A stretch of DNA of 64,000 bases from an uncultured bacterium (GCA_963732385.1 CAVSZB010000005.1:369922-433921), one strand, 5' to 3'. Counted from the first letter of the stretch, positions 41,307 through 51,393 are shown. Made by a program: numbers and translations. The notes: generated by a model not told the origin, from the letters alone.

Positions 41307-42679
41307 AGACCGGCCGCGAGGCTGTGGTCCGCACCTCCGCCCGCGCCGCGGAACGGCAGCATGGCGCTCATCGCCTCGCCGGTCTCATCCGCCAGCCGCC
41401 GCACAGCGCCGAACTGCAGCGCGCGCAGACGCTCCGGGCCGAGGCGGGCGGTGGCGCAGACCGGGGTATGCATATTGTAGTGATCGAAGTCGTCGGTGAG
41501 ACGCCGCAGCCCCAGTTCTTCGCCGCGGCGCCACAGGCGCGTGCCGGGAAACGGCACCAGCAGCGCGAAGCCGCAGCGCGCCAGATGGCGGGCCTGCAGG
41601 CCGGCCGCGAACTCCACGGTGTCGCCGATCGTCGCCTCGGTGTCCCACGGATGCCCGATGATGAAGCTGCAGACGGGCGACAGGCCGGCCGCGGAGGCCC
41701 AGCCCACCGCCCGCTCCACCTGCCCGAGCGTGGTGTCCTTGCCCATGGCGTCGAGCAGCGTCTGGCTGCCGCTCTCCACCCCGAACTGCACCGACACGCA
41801 GCCGAGGTCGGCCATGCGGCGCAGCAGCGGCAGCGAGACGGTGTCGGTGCGGGATTCGCAGACCCAGACGAGGCCCAGGCGCGCCTCTTCCATCAGGTCG
41901 AGCAGCCGCTCCAGCCGCGCGGGATCGGCGGTGAGCGTGTCATCGACGAAGAAGACCCCCTCCACGCCGGCGCCGCGCAGTTCCGCCAGCTCGGCCACCA
42001 CGTTCTCGGCGGAGCGGACCCGCCGCCGTCCGCCCGACATCGCCGCCGCCGCGCAGAAGGCGCAACGGCCGGGGCAGCCGCGTCCCGTCAGCACGGAGGC
42101 CTGGTTGCCCGACACGACCGGCACGAACAGGTCGCGCGCGGGGAACGGCAGCGTGTCGAGATCGGCCACGAGCGGACGTGGCGCGGTGCGTCGGACCGTG
42201 CCGTCACCGCCCGCCGGCCCCGGCAGCGCCAGTCCCGCCACGCGCGAAAGGTCGCCGCCGCCGCACACCACCTGAGCCAGATCGACGATAGTGTCCTCCC
42301 CCTCGCGCACGGCCACCGCGTCGAACAGACCGTCGGCCAGCGCCACCTCGGGCAGGAAGGTCCAGTGCGGCCCCCCCGTGACCAGCAGCGATTCCGGCAG
42401 CGCGGCGCGCAACCGGCGCGCCAGCCGTGCGGCATTGCCGGCGCTCTCGGTGGCGCAGGAGAGGCCGATCAGCGGCGGTCGCTGCGCCGCGGTGAAACGG
42501 ACCACCCAGTCCGACGGGCAGGGGGCCGCGTTCATGTCGATCAGCGCCGTGCGGAAACCGGCGCGGGCCAGCGCCGCGCCGAGGTAGGCGACGCCGAGCG
42601 GGGTGGCACGGTAGGAAACGCCGGCCAGGACGTTGGCGGGGTGGGGCGCGTTGACGGCGATCAGCACGACGTCGAGCAC
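41288..42679 (-). CDS. Cobalamin-dependent (class B) radical SAM enzyme
   Basis: PLGVAYLGAAL, GGPHWT, REGE, GRGCPGRCAFC, FVDDTLT, FGVESGS. AAGGGGG RBS with GTG start. Confidence 0.93.
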   Translation of the reverse strand: MLDVVLIAVNAPHPANVLAGVSYRATPLGVAYLGAALARAGFRTALIDMNAAPCPSDWVVRFTAAQRPPLIGLSCATESAGNAARLARRLRAALPESLLVTGGPHWTFLPEVALADGLFDAVAVREGEDTIVDLAQVVCGGGDLSRVAGLALPGPAGGDGTVRRTAPRPLVADLDTLPFPARDLFVPVVSGNQASVLTGRGCPGRCAFCAAAAMSGGRRRVRSAENVVAELAELRGAGVEGVFFVDDTLTADPARLERLLDLMEEARLGLVWVCESRTDTVSLPLLRRMADLGCVSVQFGVESGSQTLLDAMGKDTTLGQVERAVGWASAAGLSPVCSFIIGHPWDTEATIGDTVEFAAGLQARHLARCGFALLVPFPGTRLWRRGEELGLRRLTDDFDHYNMHTPVCATARLGPERLRALQFGAVRRLADETGEAMSAMLPFRGAGGGADHSLAAGLWRDWY

Positions 42680-43028
42680 GGAGACCCCCTTCTGACCTCA
42701 GAGTGACAACTCCGGTTTCGGGCGCCGGTCGACGCGTGCGCGCCGGTCTGCGCTCCACCCCGCCACGGGACCCCGCGATCGGTCGGTCGCGGAGAGAGGC
42801 GGACCGGCGGTCGCCGGCCCCGATCGCGGTCTGCAAGCGCGGGGCCGCGCGCCGACGGAACGTGCGCGTGGGCCCGCCGGCGGCGCAGGGGATTATCGGC
42901 GAAGCCTGCGGGCGGATCAGCGTCGCGCGGCAGCGCCGGCGCGCCGTCATGCAGGTGGAGCAGGTGACGCGGTCGGGCGACAACCGGCGGTGTCCGGGGC
43001 CGCGATCGGGGGCAGGGAGGGCGGCAGC

Positions 43029-45062
43029 CTAGCAGCCCACCGCCAGGGTTGGCGCGAGCAGGCGGTCGATGGTCCGCCAGAGGGTGGCGGGGTCGATCGG
43101 CTTGGCCACATACGCATCCATTCCGGCGGCGCGACAGCGCTCCTCGTCCCCCTTGAGAGCCTGAGCGGTGAGCGCCACGATCGGCAGGTGTCCGCCGGTG
43201 GTCTTCTCCTGCTCGCGAATGGCGCGCGTGGCGTCGAAGCCGTCGAGCACCGGCATCTGGACGTCCATCAGCACAAGGTCCCACCGCTCGCGCGCGATCG
43301 CGGCCAGGGCCTCGCGGCCGTCGCCGGCAATTCCGACCGTGTAGCCCCGGCGCTGCAACAGCCGCTCGATGAACTTCCGGTTCACGTGATTGTCCTCGGC
43401 CATGAGGACGCGAGCGGACGCGCCACCAACGGCCGGGGCTGGACCGGCGATGGCCGCCGCGGTCGCGTCCGCCTCCGGCGCAATGGCGACGGACGGCACC
43501 GCGCAGGCGGACGTGAAGGTGAAAATGCTGCCGCGCCCCTCGACGCTCTCCACCTGCAGATCGCCCCCCATGAACCGGGCCAGCTGGCGCGCGATGCTCA
43601 GGCCGAGCCCCGTGCCGCCGGGGTGCCCGCCGGCGGCGCCCGTCACCTGCACGAACGGCTCGAAGATGCGCTCGAGCTGGGCGGCCGGAATGCCCGGTCC
43701 GGTGTCGGAAACGCGCAGACGCAGGTCGACGGTGTCGCCGCGGCGCCCGGCCAGGTCGACGCGGACCTCAACCCAGCCCGCCGCGGTGAACTTCATCGCG
43801 TTGCCCACCAGGTTCACCACCACCTGCCGCAGGCGCTTGGCGTCGGTCACCAGAAATCCGGGCACCTCGGCGTCCACGCCCCACCGCAGGCGCAGGCCCT
43901 TGTGTTCGGCCTGGGCCGCGAACGACCGCATCATTTGGTCGAGCTGCCGGCGCGGCTCCAGCGACGCGAGGTTCAACTCTTCCCGCCCCGCCTCGATCCG
44001 GGCGAGGTCGAGCAGATCGTTGATCAGTTCGAGCAGGTCGAGCGCCGACTGGCGCGCGGTTTCGAGACAGTCGCGCTGGTCGGCGGTCAGCTCGGTGTCG
44101 AGCACCAGGCCGGTCAGCCCGAGCAGGCCGTTGAGCGGTGTCCGCATCTCGTGACTCATGCCGGCCAGGAAGGTGCTCTTGGCGCGATTGGCCGCCTCCG
44201 CCGTATCGCGGGCCGCGCGCAGGGCCTGCTCGCTCTCGCGCAGGGCGCTCTCGGCACGCACCTGTTCGGTGATGTCGCGGAAACTGCAGAGACGCCCCGC
44301 GGTCGCCTGGTCGCGGACCATGGGCCGGGAGAACCGCTCGAAGACGCGTCCATCCAAGCAGTGCAGCAGGGTGGTTTCGGTTGCGATCGATCCGTTGAGA
44401 TCCTGTACGCAGCGCACGAACGCGGCAGGGTCGACCAGCTGCCCGGCCACATGGGCAAACAGCTGCTCGTCGTCGCGCTGGTCCAACAGCGGCTTCGGGA
44501 TGCGCCACAGCGTGGCGAAGCGGGCATTCGTGAAGACGACGCGACCCGCGTTGTCGACCACGAGGATGCCGTCGGCGGTGGAATCGAGGATGGCGGTCAG
44601 GGTCTGGCGGCTCTCGGCCAGCTCACGTTCCACCGCGAACCGCTGACTGACGTCCTGCATCACGCTGACCCAGGCCGGACGACCCCCGTACACGATCGGC
44701 GTCGAGCAGACTTCAACGGCGAATTCCCGCCCGCCCCGCGTGCGGTGCCGGTAGAGGTTCGGGTGTCCGTAGCGGCCGATCCGCCCGGCAGCGACCCGTT
44801 CACGCGCGAGCTTCTCCTCGTCGGAGGCGAACAACAGCCAGAGCGGCTGCCCGATCAGTTCCTCGCGGGTCCACCCGTAGATGTCCGCCACCAGATAGTT
44901 GCAGTCGAGCAGCAGCCAGGTCTCGCGGTCGATCACGATGACCGGCAACCCGAGGTCGTTGAATACGCCGGGAGACGGGCAGACGTTCACCGGTTCTCCC
45001 GACCTGCGGAGTTCCGCAACGTCGCAGGGATCGGATTGGGAAGGACTCCGGCCTGTCGTCAT
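43029..45062 (-). CDS. Soluble hybrid histidine kinase (PAS-PAS-HisKA-HATPase-REC)
   Basis: FLAGMSHEMRTPLNG, NLVGNAMKFT, DTGPGI, GGTGLGL, VLMDVQMPVLDG. No TM segment. Confidence 0.93.
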   Translation of the reverse strand: MTTGRSPSQSDPCDVAELRRSGEPVNVCPSPGVFNDLGLPVIVIDRETWLLLDCNYLVADIYGWTREELIGQPLWLLFASDEEKLARERVAAGRIGRYGHPNLYRHRTRGGREFAVEVCSTPIVYGGRPAWVSVMQDVSQRFAVERELAESRQTLTAILDSTADGILVVDNAGRVVFTNARFATLWRIPKPLLDQRDDEQLFAHVAGQLVDPAAFVRCVQDLNGSIATETTLLHCLDGRVFERFSRPMVRDQATAGRLCSFRDITEQVRAESALRESEQALRAARDTAEAANRAKSTFLAGMSHEMRTPLNGLLGLTGLVLDTELTADQRDCLETARQSALDLLELINDLLDLARIEAGREELNLASLEPRRQLDQMMRSFAAQAEHKGLRLRWGVDAEVPGFLVTDAKRLRQVVVNLVGNAMKFTAAGWVEVRVDLAGRRGDTVDLRLRVSDTGPGIPAAQLERIFEPFVQVTGAAGGHPGGTGLGLSIARQLARFMGGDLQVESVEGRGSIFTFTSACAVPSVAIAPEADATAAAIAGPAPAVGGASARVLMAEDNHVNRKFIERLLQRRGYTVGIAGDGREALAAIARERWDLVLMDVQMPVLDGFDATRAIREQEKTTGGHLPIVALTAQALKGDEERCRAAGMDAYVAKPIDPATLWRTIDRLLAPTLAVGC

Positions 45063-45146
45063 ACGCGAGCGTCAGCGATGTCCCGTACCCGGCAGGACAG
45101 ACGCCTTTCCTCCTCCCGAGAAATTTCGACTCCCCGGCCCCGGACT

Positions 45147-45521
45147 TTAGCCTCCCGGGTCGGCGGCCGGTCCGGTCGCGCGGACGACGGGACAGGGATC
45201 GAGCGGCGACCAGCAGCGTACAACCGCGCCCAGCTCTTCCAGTTGCGCCAGCAGTTGAGCTACCGCCCCGGCCAGCTCCCCTGGGGCGACGCCGGGGTAG
45301 AGACCGGCCAGCGAGGCGGCCACGGCGGACACGTCGCGCCGGCCGTCGAGCCGCTCCCAGATGGCGGTGGCGGTGGCGTTGAGGCGCAGCACGCCGGGCG
45401 GCACCAACAGCTCGCAGCCGCGTCCGCCGCCGGACTCCTCCACCCAGGTCCAGTAGACCGCCAACCGGTGCGGCCGCATCCGGCCGTCCGCTCTGCCGAG
45501 GCGTGATCTTCGCGCCATCAT
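45147..45521 (-). CDS. PqqD-family RiPP recognition element (stand-alone RRE)
   Basis: LRLNATATAIWERLDGRRDVSAVAASLAGLY...VAQLLAQLEELGAV. GGGAGG RBS. Confidence 0.85.
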   Translation of the reverse strand: MMARRSRLGRADGRMRPHRLAVYWTWVEESGGGRGCELLVPPGVLRLNATATAIWERLDGRRDVSAVAASLAGLYPGVAPGELAGAVAQLLAQLEELGAVVRCWSPLDPCPVVRATGPAADPGG

Positions 45522-45618
45522 GAACCTCCCGGCGCCCTGCGGGGCGCCGCGGCCTGTCTGCGTGGCCCGACGCGGCACGCCGCGTCGGCCGGGCACGTCG
45601 GCGGGGGCGGTCCGACCA

Positions 45619-45750
45619 CTACCTCTGCAGCGTCGTTCCGACGGCGACCAGGACCGTCGCCACGATCGCAGCCAGCTTCACCGGCAGATCAAGCGCGGCT
45701 TCACGGGCTTGCAGCCCGACGAGCACCGCCTGCGGCTTCTCAAAAGTCAT
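45619..45750 (-). CDS. Putative RiPP precursor peptide, 43 aa (not in the ORF track)
   Basis: MTFEKPQAVLVGLQAREAALDLPVKLAAIVATVLVAVGTTLQR*. AAGGGGG RBS 8 nt upstream. An alternative ATG at 45756 overlaps the upstream stop (TGATG). Directly upstream of the PqqD gene. Confidence 0.72.
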   Translation of the reverse strand: MTFEKPQAVLVGLQAREAALDLPVKLAAIVATVLVAVGTTLQR

Positions 45751-45755
45751 GGTCA

Positions 45756-46985
45756 TCACCCCCTTTCCGGGAGGCGGAGTTCTCCCCGCCCTCCGTGCCC
45801 GGCCGACGCGGCGAGACGCGTGTAGACGCGCGCCAGGGCGTCGCCCGTGGTGGACGCAGCCGCGTCCGCGGCGCAGTCACGCCAGGCGGCACGGCAGGCG
45901 CGGCGCTGCTGCCGGCGCTCGCCGGCAAGCCCGGCCAGCCGTTTCGCCAATTCCCGTGGTTCGGATCCGCCGGACCGGATCACCGGCGTGCCGCGCCGCC
46001 AGAGCCAGGTCAGCAGCGGCGGCGGCCACGCCTCGTGGCCCAGCACGACCACCGCGTTCGCCTGTCCGAATGCGCGTCCGGGGCGCGGCAGCGGCGTGTC
46101 GGACGCCAGATCGCGCCAGGCGAGCCGGGCCGACAGACCGAGCCGGCGCGCCTCCCGTCGCACCGCCGCCGCCCCCGCGCCGAGACGGCAGCCGACGCCG
46201 ACCACCGACCAGCCGGGGGAGCCCGGCGCCGCGTCGTGCAGCAGGGCGAGCGCCTGCATGATCGCTGTCGCCTGCGCGTCGGTGGCGTCGCGGCCGATCA
46301 GCAGGGCGAGCCGCAGACCAGCTTCCGCAGCCGACCCGGCAGCCGGCACCGCAGACGCCAGGTCATCCCAGGCCGCCGGAGCCAGCCACGGCAGCGCGAC
46401 GAGACGTCCGTTGTCGCGCAGACCGGTCTCTTGCAGCCGCACCCGCTGCGCCGGATCGCGCGCCAGCACGAAGTCCGCCTCGCGCGCCGCCCAGGCGCCG
46501 ATCCAGCGCGCGTGCTCGTCCGCCTCGACGAACGGCGGCGTCCAGGCCCAGCACCGGCCGAGCAGGCGCGCCGCGGCCGCCGCCGCCAGGGCCCCCGCCG
46601 CGTCCCACCCGTGGACGCAATCCCAGCCGTCCGACACCTGCCGGTCCCCCCGCGGAGCGAGCGCCGCGACACAGGCGAGCGCGGCCTGGAGACGGGCCGT
46701 TCCGAGGTGCGCAGGCAGGCGTCCGCGCGGAATCACCCGCCAGAGCGGCACTGCCCGCACCTCGCCGCCGTTGGTCAGCGGCGCGAAGCGCGGCGCGTTC
46801 TCCCGGTCCGTGATGACGGTGAAGACGATCCGCCCGCGCGTGGCGACGGCGCACGCCGTGAACGGGTGCGGGCCGATCAGCTCGAACGTGCCGGTTGCCG
46901 GATCGCCCGGCGCCATCACCAGCACACGCAGCGGACGCCGCGCGCCCGTCGGTTCGGATCTGTTCGCTGCTGCGGTCCGTGGCAC
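45756..46985 (-). CDS. Divergent GT-B/GT4-like protein
   Basis: PLRVLVMAP start, DCVHGWDAAGALAAAAAARLLG..WAWT resembling GT4 N-domains. AAGGAGG RBS. Catalytic motifs not obvious. Confidence 0.5.
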   Translation of the reverse strand: MPRTAAANRSEPTGARRPLRVLVMAPGDPATGTFELIGPHPFTACAVATRGRIVFTVITDRENAPRFAPLTNGGEVRAVPLWRVIPRGRLPAHLGTARLQAALACVAALAPRGDRQVSDGWDCVHGWDAAGALAAAAAARLLGRCWAWTPPFVEADEHARWIGAWAAREADFVLARDPAQRVRLQETGLRDNGRLVALPWLAPAAWDDLASAVPAAGSAAEAGLRLALLIGRDATDAQATAIMQALALLHDAAPGSPGWSVVGVGCRLGAGAAAVRREARRLGLSARLAWRDLASDTPLPRPGRAFGQANAVVVLGHEAWPPPLLTWLWRRGTPVIRSGGSEPRELAKRLAGLAGERRQQRRACRAAWRDCAADAAASTTGDALARVYTRLAASAGHGGRGELRLPERG

Positions 46986-47198
46986 GGCGCCCCTCCTTGC
47001 GAGGCGCGTCGTTCAGCAAACGGCGGGCCGCGGGCGCGGCGGGCGCGCGAGGAGCACGGATGCGGCGCAAACCGGTTCGTCGAGCGCGGCGCACCCGACC
47101 GACGGGCGGGACGCGTGTCAACGGGCCGCGGCGGATCCGCGCCTGGACGTTACCGGCGGGAGGCGGAGTCGGGGCGAGGCGGGAGGCGGCGGGGCGGG

Positions 47199-48062
47199 TC
47201 AGACGCCGCGGGTCAGGAACGCGCGCAGCTCGGGAACGGTGAATGTGTTGAGGATCTGTCGGCAGCACAGGCCGGCGTTGCGCACCAGCTCGACGCCGTG
47301 GCGATAGTCCACCAGACGCGCGGCGCGGCGGGCGTTGGGATTGATCGAGAGCAGCACGCCAAGCTCCTGCGCGCGTCGGCAGTAGCTGGACTTCTGGTCC
47401 AGCTGCTCGGGGATGGCGCTCACCTCGACGGCGGTGCGGCACTCGGCCGCCGCCCGCAGGACCGCCTCGAAATCGATCGGCGCCGACGGTCCGGCGAACA
47501 TGTATTCGCTGACCGGTCGGGACAGGATGGTCGTGAGCGGATTCATGATGGCGCGGATGGCGTGCGCGGTGCGGTCCGCGGGATTGGCGCCGTTGCCGTC
47601 AGTCAGGGAAACGATCACGTACTCGCAGGCGGCGAGGGTCTCCTCGGGCAACGGCAGCGAGCCATCCGCCCCCATGTACACCTCCACCCCCTGCAGCACG
47701 GAAAAATCGGACAGCTCCTCGTTGAGCGCGTCGATCTCCTCACGCTGGCGCGCCAGCGCGTTCTCGTCAAGACCGCCGGGGTGTGCGGCGCAGCGCACGT
47801 GATCACTCACGCCAAGGTATTCGAGACCGATCGCGCGCGCGGTATCGACCATGGCGCGCAGCGAGTGGGCGCCGTCGGCATTGCGGGTGTGGCAGTGCAG
47901 AATGCCGCGCACGTCGCACGGCCGCACCAGGCCGTGGCCCTCCTGCCTCAGGCCCCCCAGACGCTTCCGGGTAGCGGGCGAAGGACAAATGGGAACCGGG
48001 TCGGGGTCAACGTTGCTGGGCAAGAATGTGATCCTGGTGAAGGGTTGCGGTGCGGCCGGCAC
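47199..48062 (-). CDS. PHP-domain protein (PolX C-terminal-like)
   Basis: GILHCHTRNADG, GLEYLGVSDH, VLQGVEV. Several later metal ligands appear degenerate. Confidence 0.8.
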   Translation of the reverse strand: MPAAPQPFTRITFLPSNVDPDPVPICPSPATRKRLGGLRQEGHGLVRPCDVRGILHCHTRNADGAHSLRAMVDTARAIGLEYLGVSDHVRCAAHPGGLDENALARQREEIDALNEELSDFSVLQGVEVYMGADGSLPLPEETLAACEYVIVSLTDGNGANPADRTAHAIRAIMNPLTTILSRPVSEYMFAGPSAPIDFEAVLRAAAECRTAVEVSAIPEQLDQKSSYCRRAQELGVLLSINPNARRAARLVDYRHGVELVRNAGLCCRQILNTFTVPELRAFLTRGV

Positions 48063-48092
48063 GGCCTGCCCGTGGCGTCACCATAGCCGCGA

Positions 48093-48695
48093 TCACCGGG
48101 CGCCGCCACCGAAGACGGTCGCCTGCGGGTGCGGCATGAGCTGTCTGTAGAGCACCCCGAACAGCTCCGTCGAGATCGGCCGATACTGTTCGTCGATGAC
48201 GATCCGCAGTTCACCGGCGGGGCTGAAGCCGCGCCTCTGCGCCGTGCGTCCGTCGGCGGTGACGGTTTCCGACGCGCGCACCGAACCGGTGCCGTCGGTC
48301 ATCTCCAGGCGGCTCGTCCAGCCGGTCCAGAACCAGGGCGGGCCCTGCAGTTCCCCCTCGCCACTGAAGCGGGCCTCCCGCTCGGAAACGCTCAGCTTCG
48401 TCCCGTCGACCTGCATCAGGGTGAAGCTCTCGCGCGGCGCCTCGCCGACTTCGAGCGTCACGATCTGCTCCACGATCATGCCGGAGGCCGGGGTCTCGGT
48501 CCGCCGGACAAGCGCCGCGGAGACCCCGAGCGGTTCGCCGGTCGGCAGGAAGCGGCGGACTTCGACCAGGTAGTGCAACTGGCGCGGGGGGGGCAGCCGC
48601 TCCTGCGCGAGAGCCGCGCCCGCGGCTCCGAGGACCAGGCAGAACAGGACGACGCGGCGTGTTGCGCCGGCCTTCCCCCCGCTCCGTCCACGCAT
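48093..48695 (-). CDS. Hypothetical exported protein
   Basis: GGGAGG RBS, signal peptide ending ALA, beta-rich body. Confidence 0.65.
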   Translation of the reverse strand: MRGRSGGKAGATRRVVLFCLVLGAAGAALAQERLPPPRQLHYLVEVRRFLPTGEPLGVSAALVRRTETPASGMIVEQIVTLEVGEAPRESFTLMQVDGTKLSVSEREARFSGEGELQGPPWFWTGWTSRLEMTDGTGSVRASETVTADGRTAQRRGFSPAGELRIVIDEQYRPISTELFGVLYRQLMPHPQATVFGGGAR

Positions 48696-48718
48696 GCCGG
48701 ACCTCCCCGGGTGACGCT

Positions 48719-49687
48719 TCAGTAGAAAACCGTCCGCGTCCGGTGACGCGGCTTCGCCCGTTTGTACTCCGACTGCTGGCCGCGCGTCCAGAGCAGGTAG
48801 TCGAGCGCCATGGACGTGGCCGGACGCCCGAGGCGCGCCAGTTCGGCCCCCAGCAACTCCACTGCGTGCACCGCGCAGGCGCGGATCTCGACCTCCACCG
48901 GCGAGCCGGCCGGCAACAGCGTCTCCGCGTCGATGCGCGCCGCCACCCCTTCATCATAGATCAGCACCCCGTCCAGCCGCAGCACGTGCGGCACGAGGTT
49001 GTCGGCAAAGATGGTGAGACGGTCGAGATCGGTGAACCGGCCCGCCCCGGACCCGTCGAACGCCAGCGCCAGATCGGCTGCCGTGAGCTGCGCGCGCTTG
49101 AAGAACGGCACCTCGAGATCGCCGTAACGCGCCACGTCGCGGTAGAACGGCATCTCCGCGAGCAGGGCGACCAGCCGCTCCGCGCAGCCACCCGCCTCCT
49201 CCACCAGCGCTCCGAAACTCCCGTCGTACCGCGCCAGCAGCAGCCGCCCGAGGTCGTTGAGGGCGCGCGAGAACAGGCGCATCAGCTCGGCGACCGGCTC
49301 GGCATCAGGATCCTGACCACAGATTTCCGCGCAGGCGCGCGGCGTGAGCGCGGCCAGCTCGGTCGCCGGCAACGGTCCGCCCCTTACGGCAAAAGCATCG
49401 GTCAGCGACGACGCCACCGTGAAGTAGCCCGACATGCCCGGCCGCTTGCGCAGATGCGGAAACCACCCGGAGCCGAAGTTGATCGCGTCGAGCGTGAGGA
49501 AGAAGGCGACAGTTTCCTCGCCGCGACCGAGCCGGTGGCGGTCGGGATCGATACCGGGAGCGGCCGCTGGCGGCGGCAGCTCGGCGGCGTAGCGCGCCAG
49601 CCGCGCTTCGTCGATGCGCACGGCGACGGCCCGCGCGGAGACATCGGCGCAGGCGGCGCGGATGCGGGTGAAGAGGTCGTCGGTCAC
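48719..49687 (-). CDS. Queuosine salvage protein (QNG1/DUF2419 family)
   Basis: LDAINFGSG, PFFKRAQL, LTIFADNLVPHVLR, EVEIRA, LDYLLW, HRTRTVFY. GTG start overlapping the upstream stop. Confidence 0.9.
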   Translation of the reverse strand: MTDDLFTRIRAACADVSARAVAVRIDEARLARYAAELPPPAAAPGIDPDRHRLGRGEETVAFFLTLDAINFGSGWFPHLRKRPGMSGYFTVASSLTDAFAVRGGPLPATELAALTPRACAEICGQDPDAEPVAELMRLFSRALNDLGRLLLARYDGSFGALVEEAGGCAERLVALLAEMPFYRDVARYGDLEVPFFKRAQLTAADLALAFDGSGAGRFTDLDRLTIFADNLVPHVLRLDGVLIYDEGVAARIDAETLLPAGSPVEVEIRACAVHAVELLGAELARLGRPATSMALDYLLWTRGQQSEYKRAKPRHRTRTVFY

Positions 49688-51393
49688 GGGGGGCCTCCGT
49701 TGCCGGATGCGTTGAAGTGGCCGGCCGAACGCGCGGCCCGCAGCCACGCGGTCCAGGGGGCTGCCCCGTCCGGGGCGAGGCGCGCGTCGAGCAGGGCGGC
49801 CAGGCCGGCCGCGCCGTCGACCGGCACGCGGGTCGGGCCGAGCAGGACGAGATCGGCGTCGATGCGCTCGGCGTCGCGGCACGACACCGGCGCCCCGTCG
49901 GCGCCGGCCGTGGCGCCGGTCACCCAGCAGAGCCAGGCGAACCAGCGCTCCGGCGCGTAACGGGCATCGTGGCCGCCGACCTCGTGTTCGGGGCGGAGCA
50001 GGGCGATCGGAGCGAGCAGGCGATCGCCGCCGGCGGGACCGGTCGCCGCCGGATCGCGGCCGGCCCGGGCGGTCAGGAGCGGCAGGTCGAGATCGATCGC
50101 CTCGCGGCCGAAGTGGTAGCGCAGGTTCTCGCGCACGCCGAAACGGGTGCCGATCACGCAGCCGGAAGGAGCCGCGGCGGCGAGCCGCGCCGCGCCGGCA
50201 TAGTCGGGGCCGCGCGAGGCGTGCAGCGGCGCCACGGTCGCCAGCAGATTGCCCAGCGCGAGGACCGCCAGCGCGACGGCGCCGGCCACACCGAGCACGA
50301 GCCGTCCCGTCGCCGTCAGGAGCGCCGCCAGGTCGGACGCGGCGAGGGCCGCGAGAATCGCCAGCGGCAGCAGAGACACGACGAAGAAGTCGGTGTCGGT
50401 CGGCAGCCACCAGAGGAAGAACGCCAGGTGGACCCCCAGCCAGGTCAGCGCGAACAGGCGCAGCGGCCGGCCGCCGGCACCGCGCGCGATCGCGCCCGCG
50501 TGCCACCCCGCCAAAGCGAACATCCCCACGCCGAACAGCGGCACGACGACCGGCGCGAACCGGTCCGGCACCCCCGCCACGTTTGCCGCCTGGCTGCGCA
50601 GCAGCGCCGTCAACCCCGTCGGCCCCACATGCGTGAAGCTGCCCCAGGCCGGCACCGGCTCGAGCGCATAGCCAAGCACCCAGCGGGCGAGGCCGGGCCC
50701 CGCCTGCCCGCGGCTGGTCGCGAACCACGCGCCTGCATAGGCGATCAGCGCCAGCGCGCCAGCCGTGGCGGTGATCGTCGCGGCCACGCGCCACCCCGCC
50801 CGTCCACGCGCCGCGGCGAAGAAGACGGCGAGCGGCGCCGCGAACAGCACGCTGGTCTGATGGTAGAAGACGGCCAGCGCGAACAGCAGGCCGACCGCAA
50901 GCATCGCCGCGGGCCCGGGCCGGCCGGCGCCGTCCCGCGCGACCAGCCAGGTCGCCAGCGCCAGGCAGCCGAGCGCCGGCAGGTAGACCTCCACCTGCGT
51001 GGCGTAGACCCAAAAGCCGCGCGTGAACAGCAGGCCGAGCGCCGCGCAATCCGCCAGGCGCGCCGAGCGGGTGGCGCTCCGCACCAGCGCCCGCAGCGCC
51101 CAGAGCGCCGCCACCGCCCAGGCGACGTTGTGCAACTGCCCCGCGAGGATGGCGTCGCCGCCGCGCCCGAATGGCGCCAGCAACGCCAGCACCCCGCGCA
51201 CCAGCGGCGAGAACAGCAGATGATGGGGATGGAACAGCCCGACCCCGGACTGCGCCGCCAGCGCGTAGTCGAGCGCGTCCGGCGACTGCTCGGCTGCGCG
51301 TAGCGGCAGCAGCAACGCGACGACGCCACCGGCGCCGAGCGCGCCCACCAGGCGCGACAGCGCACGCGGACGGGGCGGGAGCGGCTGGATCAT
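49684..51393 (-). CDS. Integral membrane GT-C-type glycosyltransferase (DUF2723/ArnT-like)
   Basis: About 10 TM helices, PDALDYAL...HPHHLLF, FWVYATQVEVY, FYHQT. Confidence 0.7.
   Translation of the reverse strand: MIQPLPPRPRALSRLVGALGAGGVVALLLPLRAAEQSPDALDYALAAQSGVGLFHPHHLLFSPLVRGVLALLAPFGRGGDAILAGQLHNVAWAVAALWALRALVRSATRSARLADCAALGLLFTRGFWVYATQVEVYLPALGCLALATWLVARDGAGRPGPAAMLAVGLLFALAVFYHQTSVLFAAPLAVFFAAARGRAGWRVAATITATAGALALIAYAGAWFATSRGQAGPGLARWVLGYALEPVPAWGSFTHVGPTGLTALLRSQAANVAGVPDRFAPVVVPLFGVGMFALAGWHAGAIARGAGGRPLRLFALTWLGVHLAFFLWWLPTDTDFFVVSLLPLAILAALAASDLAALLTATGRLVLGVAGAVALAVLALGNLLATVAPLHASRGPDYAGAARLAAAAPSGCVIGTRFGVRENLRYHFGREAIDLDLPLLTARAGRDPAATGPAGGDRLLAPIALLRPEHEVGGHDARYAPERWFAWLCWVTGATAGADGAPVSCRDAERIDADLVLLGPTRVPVDGAAGLAALLDARLAPDGAAPWTAWLRAARSAGHFNASGNGGPP

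Noticed and set aside
42700..43020. Cys-containing short ORF (…TCSTC…) or riboswitch upstream of the B12 radical SAM
   Set aside because: No RBS or coding-like composition, and I could not identify cobalamin riboswitch core motifs. An Rfam scan would settle it.
48719..51049. 776-aa ORF as one protein
   Set aside because: Only the last 322 aa (from GTG 49687) match the queuosine salvage family. The rest overlaps the membrane glycosyltransferase in another frame.
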